Shown: positions 10,719-24,415, counted from the stretch's first letter. The stretch: DNA of 64,000 nt from Paraphysomonas bandaiensis (GCA_965644295.1 CBFFRP010000172.1:1-64000), one strand, 5' to 3'. The notes: generated by a model from the sequence alone, not told the origin. Translations and numbers: made by a program.

Positions 10719-12212
10719 CTACAACTCCACAAACGCTTTCTTCTTTTTCTCTTTTTTTTTGATAACACTGGAATAATGCTGTGTAGCAGATCGACAAGTC
10801 GAAGCACCATTAGAGACATTGGAAGGATGATATATTTGGCGCAAATATTCAACACACGCTACTTTATTTCTACTAATAGCCAAATCAAGAGGAGTCTGTC
10901 CTTCCGAATCAAAAACATCTAAATTCGCACCGCAATCTGTTAGCTGGCGCAGTCCTGAGAGGTCGCCAACGTATGCTGCATCGTGAACAGGAAAGTTTCC
11001 AAACCTGAAAGGCGACGATACATTAGGGTCGGCCCCAGAAATTAATAGCGAACGTAAGCATTCGTGGCCTCTATTTAGTCCGACAGCGTAAGCCACTGGA
11101 GTTTTAGAATGAATATCACGTGCATTTAACTTGATCCTGGCACCAGTGTGCATGATTCGATTCAACATTTCAGAATCACAGCCGAACCTATCTCTTATCA
11201 TTCCCACGTAGGCATCGAAGTCAACACCACAAGGAGGGAGAGTTCCAGTGCTTGTATCTGGCATTGACAGCTTGTGACGACAGTAACATCGCCAACAAAG
11301 TAGAAACCTCATACACTCCGTGCTGTCCGCCATTGCAGCGAGGTGAAGCACTGTCCATCCCTGTCTCTCAGTGCTAGACAAGTCAGCTTGACACTGCACT
11401 AATAGCTTCAAACACTCCAGGTTATTGCAATAAGTTGCCCATATTACGGCATTCCAACCATTTTGATCTCCCATCCGTGCAAACCATCTCGAATTCGTTA
11501 GCATATCTCGAAGAGAATCAACATCTCCAGCTCGTGCTACATGATTTGCGGGAATTGAAATGTTTCTTGCCGGGTCTCCATATTCGTTCTTCGAAGTGTA
11601 TATAGCTTTTATACTCTCTCTCCGAAGAAAAGATGAATACTCTTCATCACAAATTACACCAAATACTTTCAATAAATCTAGCACTTCATAACCAGACCCC
11701 TGAGCATTGCAACGAACTGCTGCCATTGTATAGAGATCCGTGTTGTATGGATACATATACTTCATGTTACCTGTTCTTTCCTTCCAATGAAGTATAAAGT
11801 TTAGACGATCAGATGAAAATATCGCACTGTAGTGTGATAACAGATCCTTTAACTCATCATAAAATGGTTGATTTAGTTCCTCCTGACTGTTAAAACCCCA
11901 CACACACCGCATCAGACACATCCATGCCTCAAACTCCTCTGGAGTGATCCCCTGAGACTCTAAATCAATCCGTCTATACACTGTAATAACTTTTCTCATA
12001 TTCGTCACAGTGACCATAATAATATCTTTAAAGTAGATCAAAGATACGCCTCTGTCTTGTTTGGTATTCTTTATTTCCCATCCAAACTCATACGCATCTT
12101 CTAACTCCTCAGCTGATACATTTCTAGTTGACATCTGCTGTATTCCATGAGTGGTGAGGTCAAGTGATAGTGTTGTAGATATTTTGTTGTTGCTATAAGT
12201 GAAAGTGGACAT
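10719..12212 (-). CDS. Ankyrin-repeat protein with N-terminal DUF4258-like (RelE/BrnT-like) domain
   Basis: 497-aa intronless ORF. ANK repeats GWNAVIWAT, GWTVLHLAA, KTPVAYAV, GNFPVHDAA, GQTPLDLA; N-terminal LTTHGIQQMSTRNVSAEELEDAYEFG...KVITVYR; basic C-terminus KKKEKKKK. Confidence 0.85.
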   Translation of the reverse strand: MSTFTYSNNKISTTLSLDLTTHGIQQMSTRNVSAEELEDAYEFGWEIKNTKQDRGVSLIYFKDIIMVTVTNMRKVITVYRRIDLESQGITPEEFEAWMCLMRCVWGFNSQEELNQPFYDELKDLLSHYSAIFSSDRLNFILHWKERTGNMKYMYPYNTDLYTMAAVRCNAQGSGYEVLDLLKVFGVICDEEYSSFLRRESIKAIYTSKNEYGDPARNISIPANHVARAGDVDSLRDMLTNSRWFARMGDQNGWNAVIWATYCNNLECLKLLVQCQADLSSTERQGWTVLHLAAMADSTECMRFLLCWRCYCRHKLSMPDTSTGTLPPCGVDFDAYVGMIRDRFGCDSEMLNRIMHTGARIKLNARDIHSKTPVAYAVGLNRGHECLRSLLISGADPNVSSPFRFGNFPVHDAAYVGDLSGLRQLTDCGANLDVFDSEGQTPLDLAISRNKVACVEYLRQIYHPSNVSNGASTCRSATQHYSSVIKKKEKKKKAFVEL

Positions 12213-12500
12213 GCTCAGTATCGGCAGTTAACTATATACCATTACACGACATTCCACTCTACAATCATCAAGATATTATCAGTATCGTGCAGTGTTTGGC
12301 GTCTTGTGTCTTCATGCATGTGTCTCTACCGTACAGATGATGTGTACCTGTATGCGGGGGAATCTACGTACTGTATCAGGTGCAGCCGGTACAGTATATC
12401 CATGCATGGTATCTTGTTGGGGACAAAAAATCAATAATCTGACTGCAAAAAAACGACGAATACTGCAGAAATAGCTACATATCCAGAGGGGACTGCTGGA

Positions 12501-12730
12501 TACATACAGTACATATACATACAGTACATATACATACAGTACATATACATACAGTACATATACATACAGTACATATACATACAGTACATATACATACAGT
12601 ACATATACATACAGTACATATACATACAGTACATATACATACAGTACATATACATACAGTACATATACATACAGTACATATACATACAGTACATATACAT
12701 ACAGTACATATACATACATATACATACAGT
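12501..12730. repeat. 15-bp minisatellite (TACATACAGTACATA)n, ~15 copies
   Basis: Near-perfect tandem copies read directly; they produce spurious YVYVL/MYMYC ORFs. Confidence 0.97.
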
Positions 12731-13210
12731 AGCTGGATATACGGACTGCTGTGCGTGATCCAGAGTCAGAGTCAGAGTCAGGCCATGGCTATCATGATAC
12801 TGTACTACATTCATCTACCTCTATACTCATGTCTTCAGATTGAAATTCAGATAGCTCATGATTCTATTACGAGCTCTTGAAGCCGCCTCGTTCATGTTGA
12901 TACGATGAGCTCCAGGTGGTCCCTACAGACACAGACAACGAAGATATCCACATTAAATCACTGTACACTTTATGTGTAGCATTATTTGTACGATGATCTT
13001 GCTGTAGTTATTGATGTATCATCGTGTGGTGTGTATGGGAGGTCGACACACCAACCTGCATATATTACCCCCGATATCCAGTACCAGCCAGTCGGAGTGC
13101 ACAACATACTCGGCGACAAGAACAGAATGCATAGTGCTGGTCAATAGATCTCGGTTTAGTGTTCACAGTATATCAGGATTATGTATTGCTGTATAGCACA
13201 CCTATAGGTA

Positions 13211-14111
13211 CCTATCGGTAGAAGACAAAAGACCTGTAGGTACCTGAGTTCTGAACCTATAGATGTTGTTCCAAGTTCCACATAGGCAACGCAGCGGTGA
13301 AGAGTGTAACATATCTATTTTTATTAGATTATTTCTAATTTACATATATGTACAGCATCACTACGTTACATTCTTGCAGTTTTGATCTGTAAGTAATATA
13401 AAATTTATTTAATGTCATTAAAAACATGTTCTCTTCACACCTACTACGTTATTTATTCCATTTCGACCGTTTTACCACAGGTTTGGGCATCACATCGACT
13501 TTTCCTCTATATTATGATGACAGTTAATATAATCCACAACGGTGAAAAACGAAATAACCAAAAACTATCTGAAATTCGAGACTTTTCCCCATATGTATGT
13601 GAAGACATCGCAAGAATAATCTGGCATTATGAAAAATCTGGCATGTCAATAATACTCTCAAAATTAATACTATCGTGAAAGAACTGAGGTTGTCGTCGCC
13701 TCCATCAAAGATATATTATGGACATCTGAAATCTGCTCCAGAGGGCTACAGACGGTACGAATCCAATTCAGGAATCGCGGAGTAAACTGGTGGTGAATGA
13801 GAATGTTTTGGAATTCTAGGTTCTAATAGTAGTAGTTGCCGTTAAATATTACTTTGTACTCCTGTCAAATGTAAATACGTCGTATTTGAATATATCTCTG
13901 GAGCAGATTTTAGATGTTAGCATAATATCTTTGTGTGGAGGACCTAAAAGCATTTGTTGAGCCGTTGCCTCAATAATCATATGGCGCTAGGCTATCCATA
14001 TTTTCATCGAAGTCGTAGGCTTCAATCATGATGCATACTGCCTCACAATGGCAGTTTGCATATGAAAAATGAAGGCGCTAGGCTACAGGTCTTTTGTCTT
14101 CTACCTATAGG
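13211..14111. mobile_element. Tc1/mariner-like non-autonomous element (29-bp TIR, TA flanks)
   Basis: CCTATCGGTAGAAGACAAAAGACCTGTAG (13211-13239) is inverted at 14083-14111 with 1 mismatch; TA on both sides (13209-10, 14112-13); no intact ORF. Confidence 0.72.
13699..13941. mobile_element. Nested foldback/MITE with ~45-bp imperfect inverted repeats
   Basis: CCTCCATCAAAGATATATTATGGACATCTGAAATCTGCTCCAGAG (13699-13743) versus the reverse complement of 13896-13941, CCTCCACACAAAGATATTATGCTAACATCTAAAATCTGCTCCAGAG. Confidence 0.6.
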
Positions 14112-14491
14112 TAGCGTCATTAGGCATGCCTCTCGGTGGCTGGGTACCTATTAGATACCTGCAGTGGAGGTCGAGCGGTCTATAAATTTTCCCACCGACG
14201 CGAATTATGATATACATGACGAGTACATCATTGCAAGCCCCGATTACATCATTGAACCTTGTTGTGATAACAACTGTTTCTCCGGTAAATGCCGATTATT
14301 GTCTTCTACTTGTATGACGTCTAATAGGTCTATACTCAGGTCGTAATTACTCAACGGTAGGAGTAGCTGGTGTTATTTCAGCTATATTTCATAACGCATG
14401 GTAAATATTATAGCCAATGTTGGTCAACGAGATGGTCTGGTGTTCGCTTTAGTATGGCACTTGTACATGTATGTTATGAATGTGTGCACAC

Positions 14492-14936
14492 TAGGGCCTG
14501 GTAACCATTAATGGTAATGCCATTATAATTGCCGGGACATTTTTAATTAATGCCATTATAGTTGCCGGCAACCGGACTACCTTTAATGACCTGTACTGCT
14601 ATATATAGAACTGAGTGTTATTAAGATAATATAGAATATAGTATCTCCTCCTATTCCTATGAGCCGATTACATGTTGTGGAATGGTTATACCCTCCATAA
14701 AGCCCTGCAAGAAGATCCTGACGTGCCAGTAGAGTGCGAGAAGTAGTTAAAATTTGTAGTCTGCTATTTAACTAAAAATTAGTAATTAAGGGAGCACAAC
14801 ACTATCTATTATATGAGTGGTGCTATCTACTTTAAGTTAGTAGGTATTAATGGCCATTATAATTGCCGGAACATTTTTCATTAATGCCATTATATTTGCC
14901 GGGAACTGGACTACCATTAATAATTATCAGGCCCTG
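14492..14936. mobile_element. hAT-type MITE family 2
   Basis: TIRs (T)AGGGCCTGGTAACCATTAA ... TTAATAATTATCAGGCCCTG; 8-bp TSD GTGCACAC/GTGCAGAC (7/8); subterminal ATGCCATTATAATTGCCGG repeats shared with the copy at 60043. Confidence 0.85.
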
Positions 14937-15448
14937 GTGCAGACTATGGAGGGAAGACATTGGAGTCAGCTTGACTTCGTAACAATAGATGCCTGTTGAC
15001 TGTTTCATGACATCAATATAACTTCCTGACAATAATATTGTAACCCTATACCAGAGGTTATACAGATGAGATGTGGTGCAGGGGACGCTAACACTGACAC
15101 CGCTGACTCTGAATAAGGTAGTAGTAGTCATGAAACCAAATTAAGCTTTGATAAGTGATAGATATTACGATATAGAGAACGCAATAAGTGAAGGTGAATT
15201 TATAGCTGCTTTATTCGTGCTTCCATACACCGAGTAAAAGTTGGAATAAAAATCTTCATGTCATTCATATTCTCATACTCCACATGTACATATTTGAATT
15301 TCATTTAACATTTATTATTACCTTCACTATTCACAACTAACATGCTGTGGCACACTTAGCTTTCACATGGGCAGAGTAGTGCGTGCATGAAGTTCGAAAA
15401 TAAGTATCTATATCTATTTTGTAGGCACTGCATTGAGATGTACTGAAA

Positions 15449-18400
15449 TTAGAGCCCTCCGAGTATTGCCAATGCACTCGATGCCCACTGAGGTGCGACA
15501 CTATTCACAGCGTAGAATTGCAGCACAATAGTGACAATATCGACCGCTCCAGCAGAGACAAGCTTTACCCGGTTACTCTCCTGGTGAGCACAAAGTACAC
15601 AAATCACTCGACAACACAACTCAGCAAACTCAACTCTTTGATAGAATTGTTGCATAGCAGTCACAACAAATCGACATATCCCTGCCGAGCCTAATTTCGA
15701 CTTGTTGGCATCATAGTCCACTGATAGGTTCAGAATTAAGTGACATACAGCAGTGCACACGGAAAAGTTATCGATATGTATCTGCATAACCTTAGTTAAG
15801 GCTTTGCATATCCCAGCACCACCCAGACGAAACTTTCCGTCTGCCGTAGTCGCTATGTTTGAACTAGCTTGGCAACAAATAATTGCGAATTCGGGATCTA
15901 GAATGTGCTTGTGAAGAGCAGCAACCAGTATGGAATACACACCTCTGTCAGTAAGTGCAGTTATGTTACTGCTAATATCACGGTCTACTGAAGACGTATC
16001 ACTGTCACTTTCGTTCGGGGGGGGGTGCGATGTTAGGTAAAAGAGTACATAGCACGAATTCACGGCAACACGAAGGCTTTTCATGTGCTTTTCGAATAGT
16101 TTCGTGAGCAGGGAGCAAATTGCTGCACCGCTACATAGATGAATATTGGCAATACATCCGTCCAATAGACAGCGCAACGCCACTACTCCCTCTGCCACAG
16201 CTTCTTCTGATCTTCCGTGAATCTGAAGATAATGTACAATGAGTTCAATCACATCATTGTTTCCAAGTAAAGACTGGTTTGCAAGATTATTGCAAGATAG
16301 AGCCTGGATTGCCATGCACCCATGCTTCACTGCAGATACATTTTCAGTGCCGTGGGATTTCAGTGTCGAATATACTGCATCGCAGCACCCTTCCGCACTT
16401 AGGAGATTTTGAGTCACTCTTCCACGACTAGCAAGCTCGAACACTGCCAGATAAGCTTGTATGACAACCGCAGTACTGGTTTGTTGAACTTGCAGCGCAA
16501 TCACAACACTCTCACACACTTTCGCAGCCACCAATTTCTGTAAATTCGAATCATCCCGAGCCAATCCAGCAATTGACCTACAACATTCTTCAGTCGCTCT
16601 TTCATTTCCAATGTGAACCCGCATGGCATCGACTACAGCCTCACAAGCCCCACTGTCACCAAGCCTAGCTATATTTCCCTCTTCTCCACACAGGTTAGCC
16701 ACTGCCCTCCATGCAGAGTGAGCAGCTACCTCGTCTTTTATATGATGCTGAACAGCAGCCATCAGAGCCGAACATGCACCAGCGGGACCAAGCCATCCGC
16801 TGTTGCCCGGATTCATTGCCAAATTCGCCAATGCACTGAATCCCTTTACCGCAATTATATTTTCATGGGCGTGTCTCTGTACCGCAGATACAACAGCCTC
16901 GCAGGCTCCAGCTACACCTAGCTTCATCGTATTTCGATCATATAATGCGAGACTCGCAACGGCTCCGCACCCTGCTCCTGCAACCTCTGGACTGGCTTGG
17001 TGTGTTTGCATTGCTATGGCTACTGCATCACATACGCCAGCAGATCCCATTTTGGCAATATTGGAGTCATGACCATCCACCATAATCTCAACCGCCCGAC
17101 ATCCCCACATCGCTACCAGTTGGCTCGTTCGATGCATTTCTAGTGCCATCAAGATTGATTTACATGCACCTGCATTTCCCAGTTTCGACCGATTGTTGAA
17201 GTTTTTAGTAGCTAGTGTTACAATGGCCTCGCATCCTGTATACGCAACTTGCTCGTTATCTGCATACTTTTGTAGAACCTTCGCTACTGCCTCACATGCA
17301 CCATTCGCCCCCAGTCGCTCCCGATAGATGTCATGATCTGCTCCAAGAGTATGAACTGCTTTGCATGCAGCCAAAGCTAGGGACTGGCTTCCGATGCATT
17401 TCTGAAGAACTACTGCCACCAACACATCCCCACTTCCAGTACCTCTTTGTAACGAAACTATCACGGCTTCGCATGCACCACTGGCAACAAGAGTATCTCG
17501 ATTTTCTTGATCCTTAGCCATGCTACTAATTGCCTGACAACCCCATTCAAGAACTAGGTCATTCTTAGAGTGATGTATCATAATCTGAACAATAGTTTCG
17601 CCACAACCGTCTCTCTCTAGCGTATCATACTGAGAGGACAAACTGTCGAATGCCCTGCAGCCGCTCCAGCAAACAGAAACATCACTTAGATGCGTCCTCA
17701 TGGACCGCACAAGAGACCCACAGGCACCAAGAGCCGCCATCTTCACTGCATTCTGTAAATGGTCTCTTGCCAAACTGCCCACTGCCATACTAGTCTGAAA
17801 CATGACACCGCTATTAAGAATGTACTCATCAAAACAGCTGACAACTATTTCGCAAGCATTATATACACCAAGTTGAGCCCTATTGTCTGCATCGATAGCA
17901 AGTGTACTAATCGATCGACATGCGAATTCAGCTACTCCAGAGTCGGTCTGAAACTTGTCCAGTGCTTTTACAATACCCTCACAAGCGTTGGTGCGTCCCA
18001 AATTTGCTGTATTCTGCGCATTATTCAACGATAGCCAACTAACAGCTCGACAAACTGCGCGCACAACAACTAGATCTGTCTTGTGACGATTTAAAATGTC
18101 AATAACAACTTCGCATGCTCCTGCAACACCCAATTTCACTCGATTTTCCTCATTCTCTGCCAAGTTACTTAGCGCATTTAAGCTGATGGCCACAATTTTT
18201 CCGCATGACACATGGATCTTCATTACAGACACAATTGCCTCAGATGCACCACATTTACCTAATTTCTCAGTATTAGAGATCTCATTGTGTGAGAAGTTTA
18301 CCAGTAGGGTGCACGCATGCTCTGCTATGACCTCATCATTTCGGTAGTGCAACAACATCTCAATGACGGATTCACACAGTTCCATTGTGCCCATCTTGGA

Positions 18401-21400
18401 GCTCATTTGAGAATCCAGAGTAACTGCATTTGCAGACAAACAAACCCATTCAATAATGTTTCTATTTTCAAGGTGGTTAATAAATATAGCCTCCAGGGCA
18501 TCCGCTACTAAACTTGATCGAAATTTCGGCCAATTTGACTCTTGCGAGGCAATATTCACAATTGCTTTGCATGCCCACTCTATAATTTCACTGTTGCTAA
18601 TGTGTTTGAGCGTCGCAAACGCAATCGCATCACAAGCCCCTCCGACGCCAAGCTTGACAGCATTTTCTGTATTGACAGATAAATTACAAATAGCTTTACA
18701 ACCCCATTCGGATAAAAATACAGATTTGCCACTGTACTTTAGAACTACCCGTGGGATGAGCTTACATGCACCGGATTGCCCCATCTTCGTGAGGTTTCCA
18801 ACGTGATTCACTACTAAATTCGATATTGCCCACAGAGCTTGCTCAGCAACATATCGACTACCGAGGTGTTTCTGAAGCATGGAAACTATACTCTCACAAA
18901 CCCCAGCCGCTCCTAACCATATACGTATGTCAGTGTTGCCTGCCATAAAACCAACAGCCTTACACAAACATGCGCATATCCATGAATTGCCAGTGAATCG
19001 CCTCGAACATACAACAATACCACGACTGATCCCAATATTTCCCAATCTACTACCCATCACATCATCCTCTGCAATTTTCGCAAGAGTAGAGCATACCCAT
19101 TGACACGTTTTTTCACTATCCGTAGAAGATCTCTTGAGAATATTTACCATAGTTTCACCAATTCCATTATCCATGAGGCGATGTCTATTGGAACGATGTA
19201 ATGCAAGGCTAGATGTGGCATACCATACCCAGTGAATAATATCTTCTATATTTTCCCATCGTTGGTTCTGATGTTGCTGCTGCTCGAACTTTTTGTTAAT
19301 ATCGACTAAAAAATGGCACACATTAGTGGATGTGCCAATGTCTTCCTGACAGGCATCATTGTCAAGAACGACATTGCGAATGGCAATACAACTCTCTCGC
19401 ACCACCTCCAGAGACTTCTTATGACGTTCCAAAATGGATACTAATATTGCAATACCACCTTGCTGTCTAATGATATCTTGATTCTGGGGGTTTGGATAAG
19501 CCAAATTAGCTAACGCAAAACATGCACTTTCTGCAAGAATAGCATCTTCCGTCCCGAAATTCTTCATTATACATATCACTAGTTCACAAGCACCGGCCCT
19601 CCCAAGCGTGTGTTTGTTCGTCTTACATTGAAATGCTATGTTACCTACAGCCCGACAACCCCATTTCAACACATCCGGTGATTGATGCGAGGCAGTGTTA
19701 AGGGCTGCATCAACTAATATGCACGGTAGCATCGTACCAGCCAGTGTCTCTCTATTTTCCGGATGACATTCCGTAAGGCAGAACAACGCCCGACATATCC
19801 ACTCCATTACCAATTCGCTCCCACCTGTATGATGCGCAACCATCTCTTCCAGACTTCCAAATACACCCGAGCTCGCCCAGAGAGAGCGAGTGGATGAGTT
19901 CGTAGCCAGACAGCACAAGGCCTTACAGGAGAGCTCTGCGACCATTTCGATATTGCTGTGTTGACTCATCGCTAGAGCTATAGACTGCACAGTCCCAGCA
20001 GCAACGAGCCTAGGCTTATTTACATCAGGTAGAGCTAACCAATACAGCGCTTGTAGGGCGCTTTCGCATATTATAATAGACTCCACATGAGCTTGTAGAG
20101 TTTTGGATACCGCAGCGCACCCTCCTTGCCTTCCTACTATTATTTGTCTTTCTCGACTACCTTGTATTAGGCGGCATATTGCTGATAAAGCATCATCCAA
20201 AGCCTGCACATCATCTCCATCCCCACTAAATCCTGTCCGCCGGAGAGTTGAGAGACTCCCTTCTAAGGTGAATGGAATATTGGACTCAGTTGAAGCCGTC
20301 TGAAAGTGAGAGGACGGAGTTGTACTATCATAACTGCAGTTTGAACCACGAAACCGGATTATACATGCTGCATGAACCCATGCTAGGTTGCCTCCTTTAA
20401 CATATAGGTTTTCATCATGTACCAGCGTGTCATCTGTGTCATCGAAAGATGCTTTGCTGTCGACTACAGCGGGTGTAGCAGATTTACTGGTGCTCATATA
20501 TTCACTTTTGGTATCTTCAGATATTGAATTTTGTTGAGAGCCTGAAAGGACCGAAGTACTTATATACGAGTACATCTTCTGCAGCATACCCCCGCCCTGA
20601 GAGAAAATGCCTGTCACTGAAGGCATAGTCGACGATGATGAGTCATCCGAGGATGCTTGGGTGTTGTCGGAGGCGTATTCCTTGAACCCGTCGCCCTCCT
20701 CCAGATCGTGAAGCGCTGCGGTTGCAGCAGCGTCTACTTCTTTTTGCTTTTCTATATAATATACATTAAGGGAAACTAACCACTTAATATGTTTACCAAG
20801 TTTAATATCTCGTGCCCGGCGAATTGACCCAGTTGTGGAATCGGCTGATGGTACTGATGGTGTTTCACATGCAACTTTTGGCATCTTACTCAGGGAGAGA
20901 ATATCTCCAGATACAGAATCTAAACGATTAAACAAGAGTAAGTTGATGCGGTCATCACCGATGCAGCTGCTCACCCCTCACACTCTTTTCCTTGTTATCT
21001 TTAACAGCCTCATCATCAGCCCCATCAGAAGCAGGTATGCTATCATTTCCACTGCCTAAACTATCTATCATATCTTCATCTGGATCCTCTGGATGTGTAT
21101 CACTCTCTCGATTGACCTTATTATCATCTGTATCATATCTAACGCTTGATTTCATGTCAGTGTCCACTGATGAGCCCTGCTCACTTAAATGTGTGTCTAC
21201 CAGACCTCCCTATGTACATCAAATCATACGGATATCCATTACCAATTCCCATCTATACACATCTCCTTCACAACTATAGTGAGGGATATTAACGGGCGTT
21301 AGATGATTTAATATGGTAACTACAGTAAAATATGGAGCGATTGTATGCTGCTGTTGATTGAGGGTCACACTATGACAGAATGCAGTGTACAGTGGACGAT

Positions 21401-21823
21401 ATACAGTGTAGGATTCCGAACACTATCCATAATACAGAACATAGATAACGTATCGGCAGTCAGGATCTTATTTTTCGGATATATATTGAAGCAAAATTCC
21501 TCTATATTACTGCAACACAACTATGGCTAGAATACAGATAATTATTGTCTCAATATTAGAGGCATCTGAGAACAAAAATATACAAAGGACAACATATACA
21601 TCCATCCACCAATCCTATCCCTTATCTCTCATTTGATTGGTTACATATATATCTGAATGGTGCTGTACAAATCAAACACATGCATATCACTGTGTAGTGT
21701 GGAGGATGCGATAGAAATGGATGTGATATTCGACAGTGTACAATAGCTTGAGGTGAGTTTATTTAAATCCTCATTCTGTATCTTATTTGCGGCCTCTGAA
21801 AATGGAACCACTGAAATCCACAC
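15449..21823 (-). CDS. Very large armadillo-repeat protein (>1800 aa); 5' exons and start uncertain
   Basis: 1841-aa ORF with dozens of ~45-aa ARM units (e.g. LGxAGACEAVVxAM..H....VAxWGCRAIxxL). An upstream acidic exon (ORF 20955-21167) joins via a GT-AG intron 20974-20920; further short upstream exons are likely. Confidence 0.88.
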
Positions 21824-22183
21824 GTTTAGTTCATTAAGTAGTGTACGATGAGATTAACTCACGGTTGAATATATACGAAATATAGAGAAGCAACGACGGG
21901 TATGTCATTCTACACTTGCTCGAAGAAAGTGTGTACTACACACGTTGACTCTCCATATTAATCACGATCCAAGAGAACATCTTACATCTCTTGAGCCATT
22001 ACTACCACTACGTGAATCATTCCGCAGTTATCAACAATTCTCTTTCCAATTAATTTCTCTGTTGTACTTATTCTTCACTACATAGTATTTCCCTGTACCA
22101 CCTTTTAGTAACGATTTTACGAGGCTCAACTCAAGTGAACTTTTCAGATATGGAGACTAAAGCCTGATGAAATATATTCCTGC

Positions 22184-22971
22184 CAGGGCTAGGAAACAAT
22201 ATATTGCAATACTACTGTTAGATAGCGTTCCATCAATAGTATTGATGGAGATTTTAAACAGGCTCAACAATACAATTACAATATATTGTCAATGTATTGC
22301 AATATATTAGTATGAGTAATCAGTAAGTAAACACATCCGTAGATTTCATTTTTAGTATTAGTCATTAAGATCACATGACAACCAAACCAACTACTGCTTA
22401 TAGCTAATAAAAATTCACCTAGTTCTCATCCTCTGAGCCATCAGCGGTGACGTCAACATCACCATATTCATCCACAAAATTTATTGAAATATGCTAGTAT
22501 TCGGCCACAACTGTCGAATTGCTTTCAGAAACAACAACATATTAAGCAGGATGGATGCTTTAGCGCAACACTGATATAATATATTTAGCTGCGCTGAACA
22601 GACGCTCCCATGTATTGGAAGTACATACCAGGGACTGGTAACCGTTAATGACTCGTGGATCTGTACGTTTCTTAATTTTTTGAGCTGGCTGAAGATTTTT
22701 AGTCGCATAGTCAACATCAGCTTCATCATCCTCTGTAAAGTTGTAATCAATTTCTCGGTTATTTATATCCATTTTGCACCCTACAGTTGAGAATCTTCTC
22801 TTATATGACTATCATAATATTGATTGCAATATATTGCAATATATTGTGAGATACTTTAACAGAAACAATATTGATGGGATTTTTGGCCGGTCGACCAATC
22901 AATATATTTTACAATGTATTGCAATATATTGTACAATGTATTGCAATTCAATATATTGTTTCCTAGCCCTG
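22184..22971. mobile_element. hAT non-autonomous element family 1, complete copy (788 bp)
   Basis: 23-bp TIR CAGGGCTAGGAAACAATATATTG; perfect 8-bp TSD ATTCCTGC; internal minus-strand relic TSNTWERLFSAAKYII of the hAT C-terminal dimerisation domain. Confidence 0.95.
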
Positions 22972-23312
22972 ATTCCTGCGATGTTGTCGCACTTACAAAA
23001 ATATAACTGCAGAAATATCATAGTCACATAATATATAACATCAAAGTGGGAAACTACGTAGGCTGCAATAAAGTTACACCTAAAGCTCAACAAGTGTACG
23101 AGAATATGTCGTACACTTGTATACTATAAAAGTGTTAGTCATGCCGTATGCTTGATCAATTATACATTACAACATGCTACTTTATTTCAGCTAAACATCA
23201 CTAACCCTATTCCGTTATGAGCGCACAGCAATAATTGATAGTGTGACATTTATATCATACATCAGAAGCGAAAGACACAGACTATAGCAAAGAACAACGG
23301 TTGAACGCGATA

Positions 23313-24415
23313 TCATGCGGCTGTCTTCTTTCTGGCCAGATATCTTTCTTTCGCAGCTCGAATAGCTTCCTCTTTCGATATTACTGGTGCAGCGGGAGGA
23401 GTTTTTTTAACAGGTTCCGTCTCCTTCTCTATATCTGCAGAATCAGTTGCTGTGGCCTCTTCGATTGTGCGTTTAGTGCCTACGCATTGCGTGGGTGGTT
23501 CCGCTGATTCATTGACATCTTTCTCGGAAGCTGGCGATCTATCGCTTTCCACCGTATTCGACTTCGGTGACATACTGTCTTGGATTGGCTGTTTTGGGCT
23601 GTCCACTTTCTCCACTGGGGAAATGTCTTCTTCCTCCATGCGGCGCCGTTGCCTATCGCTGCCTGCAGTGTATGCACTCACAGCGTGCTGCACATCCCCA
23701 CCCATGGCAATATTTTTCGTCAGAAGATTTGAAAAAAAGCCGTGCATACCACGGCTTTCAGCTCCAGTCCGTTTCTCCACCTCATCTGCGATTCGATCCT
23801 CATACTCCCATTTGCGGTCTTCCATTAATTTCTGCTTATATGCTGACGTCACGAATTTTGGCTTATCACCAAACTCTGCATCTTCCTGTTGCCGCTCCTT
23901 CAGAAGGCGCCTAGTTATTAAAGCAGTCATGTTACAGTAATAAGTAAGTAATATAATTCAGGGTGACCTCTCGTATATTCGATCCTTTTCTTTCTCCCTC
24001 ACGGCTGCAGTCGCTTTAAGTTTAGAAATATATTGTGACTTCTACATTCAAGCATGTGAGCAATAAACCACACCAAATGCAAATTACACACCTTCTTATC
24101 CTCTCCTAGTAACGAGCCTGATGCAGCGAGGAGTCGGTTAGTGCTGGCGGCCTTAAACTCGTCATAAGACCCGTCATAGTCGTATAGCTTCGCTTCTTCT
24201 TCAGAGAGAGACTTTCTCAGAGTTTCGATATCCGTCGATTGTTTCGTCAGCTGTTTGTTGGCACGTACAATATCACCTCTGCGCTCTTCCTCCTCCTCAT
24301 CGTCATCTTGAGAGAAAAAGGCCGCTACTTTATTAGCAGTGGGGATTTTTTTAGCATTAGTTTTCTTCTTCTGTAGACCGTATTTGGCGGTCGGCTTCAC
24401 AGTTCGGAGTGACAT
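23313..24415 (-). CDS. NSRP1: Nuclear speckle splicing regulatory protein 1 / CCDC55 homolog (DUF2040); multi-exon
   Basis: KYGL, YDYDGSYDEFK, ERQQEDAEFGDKPKFVTSAYKQKL and C-terminal AAKERYLARK are characteristic; ORFs 23999-24415 and 23313-23930 are joined through a small exon by two short introns. Confidence 0.88.

Noticed and set aside
12312-12814. ORFs with YVYVL / MYMYC repeats
   Set aside because: Artefact of the 15-bp minisatellite.
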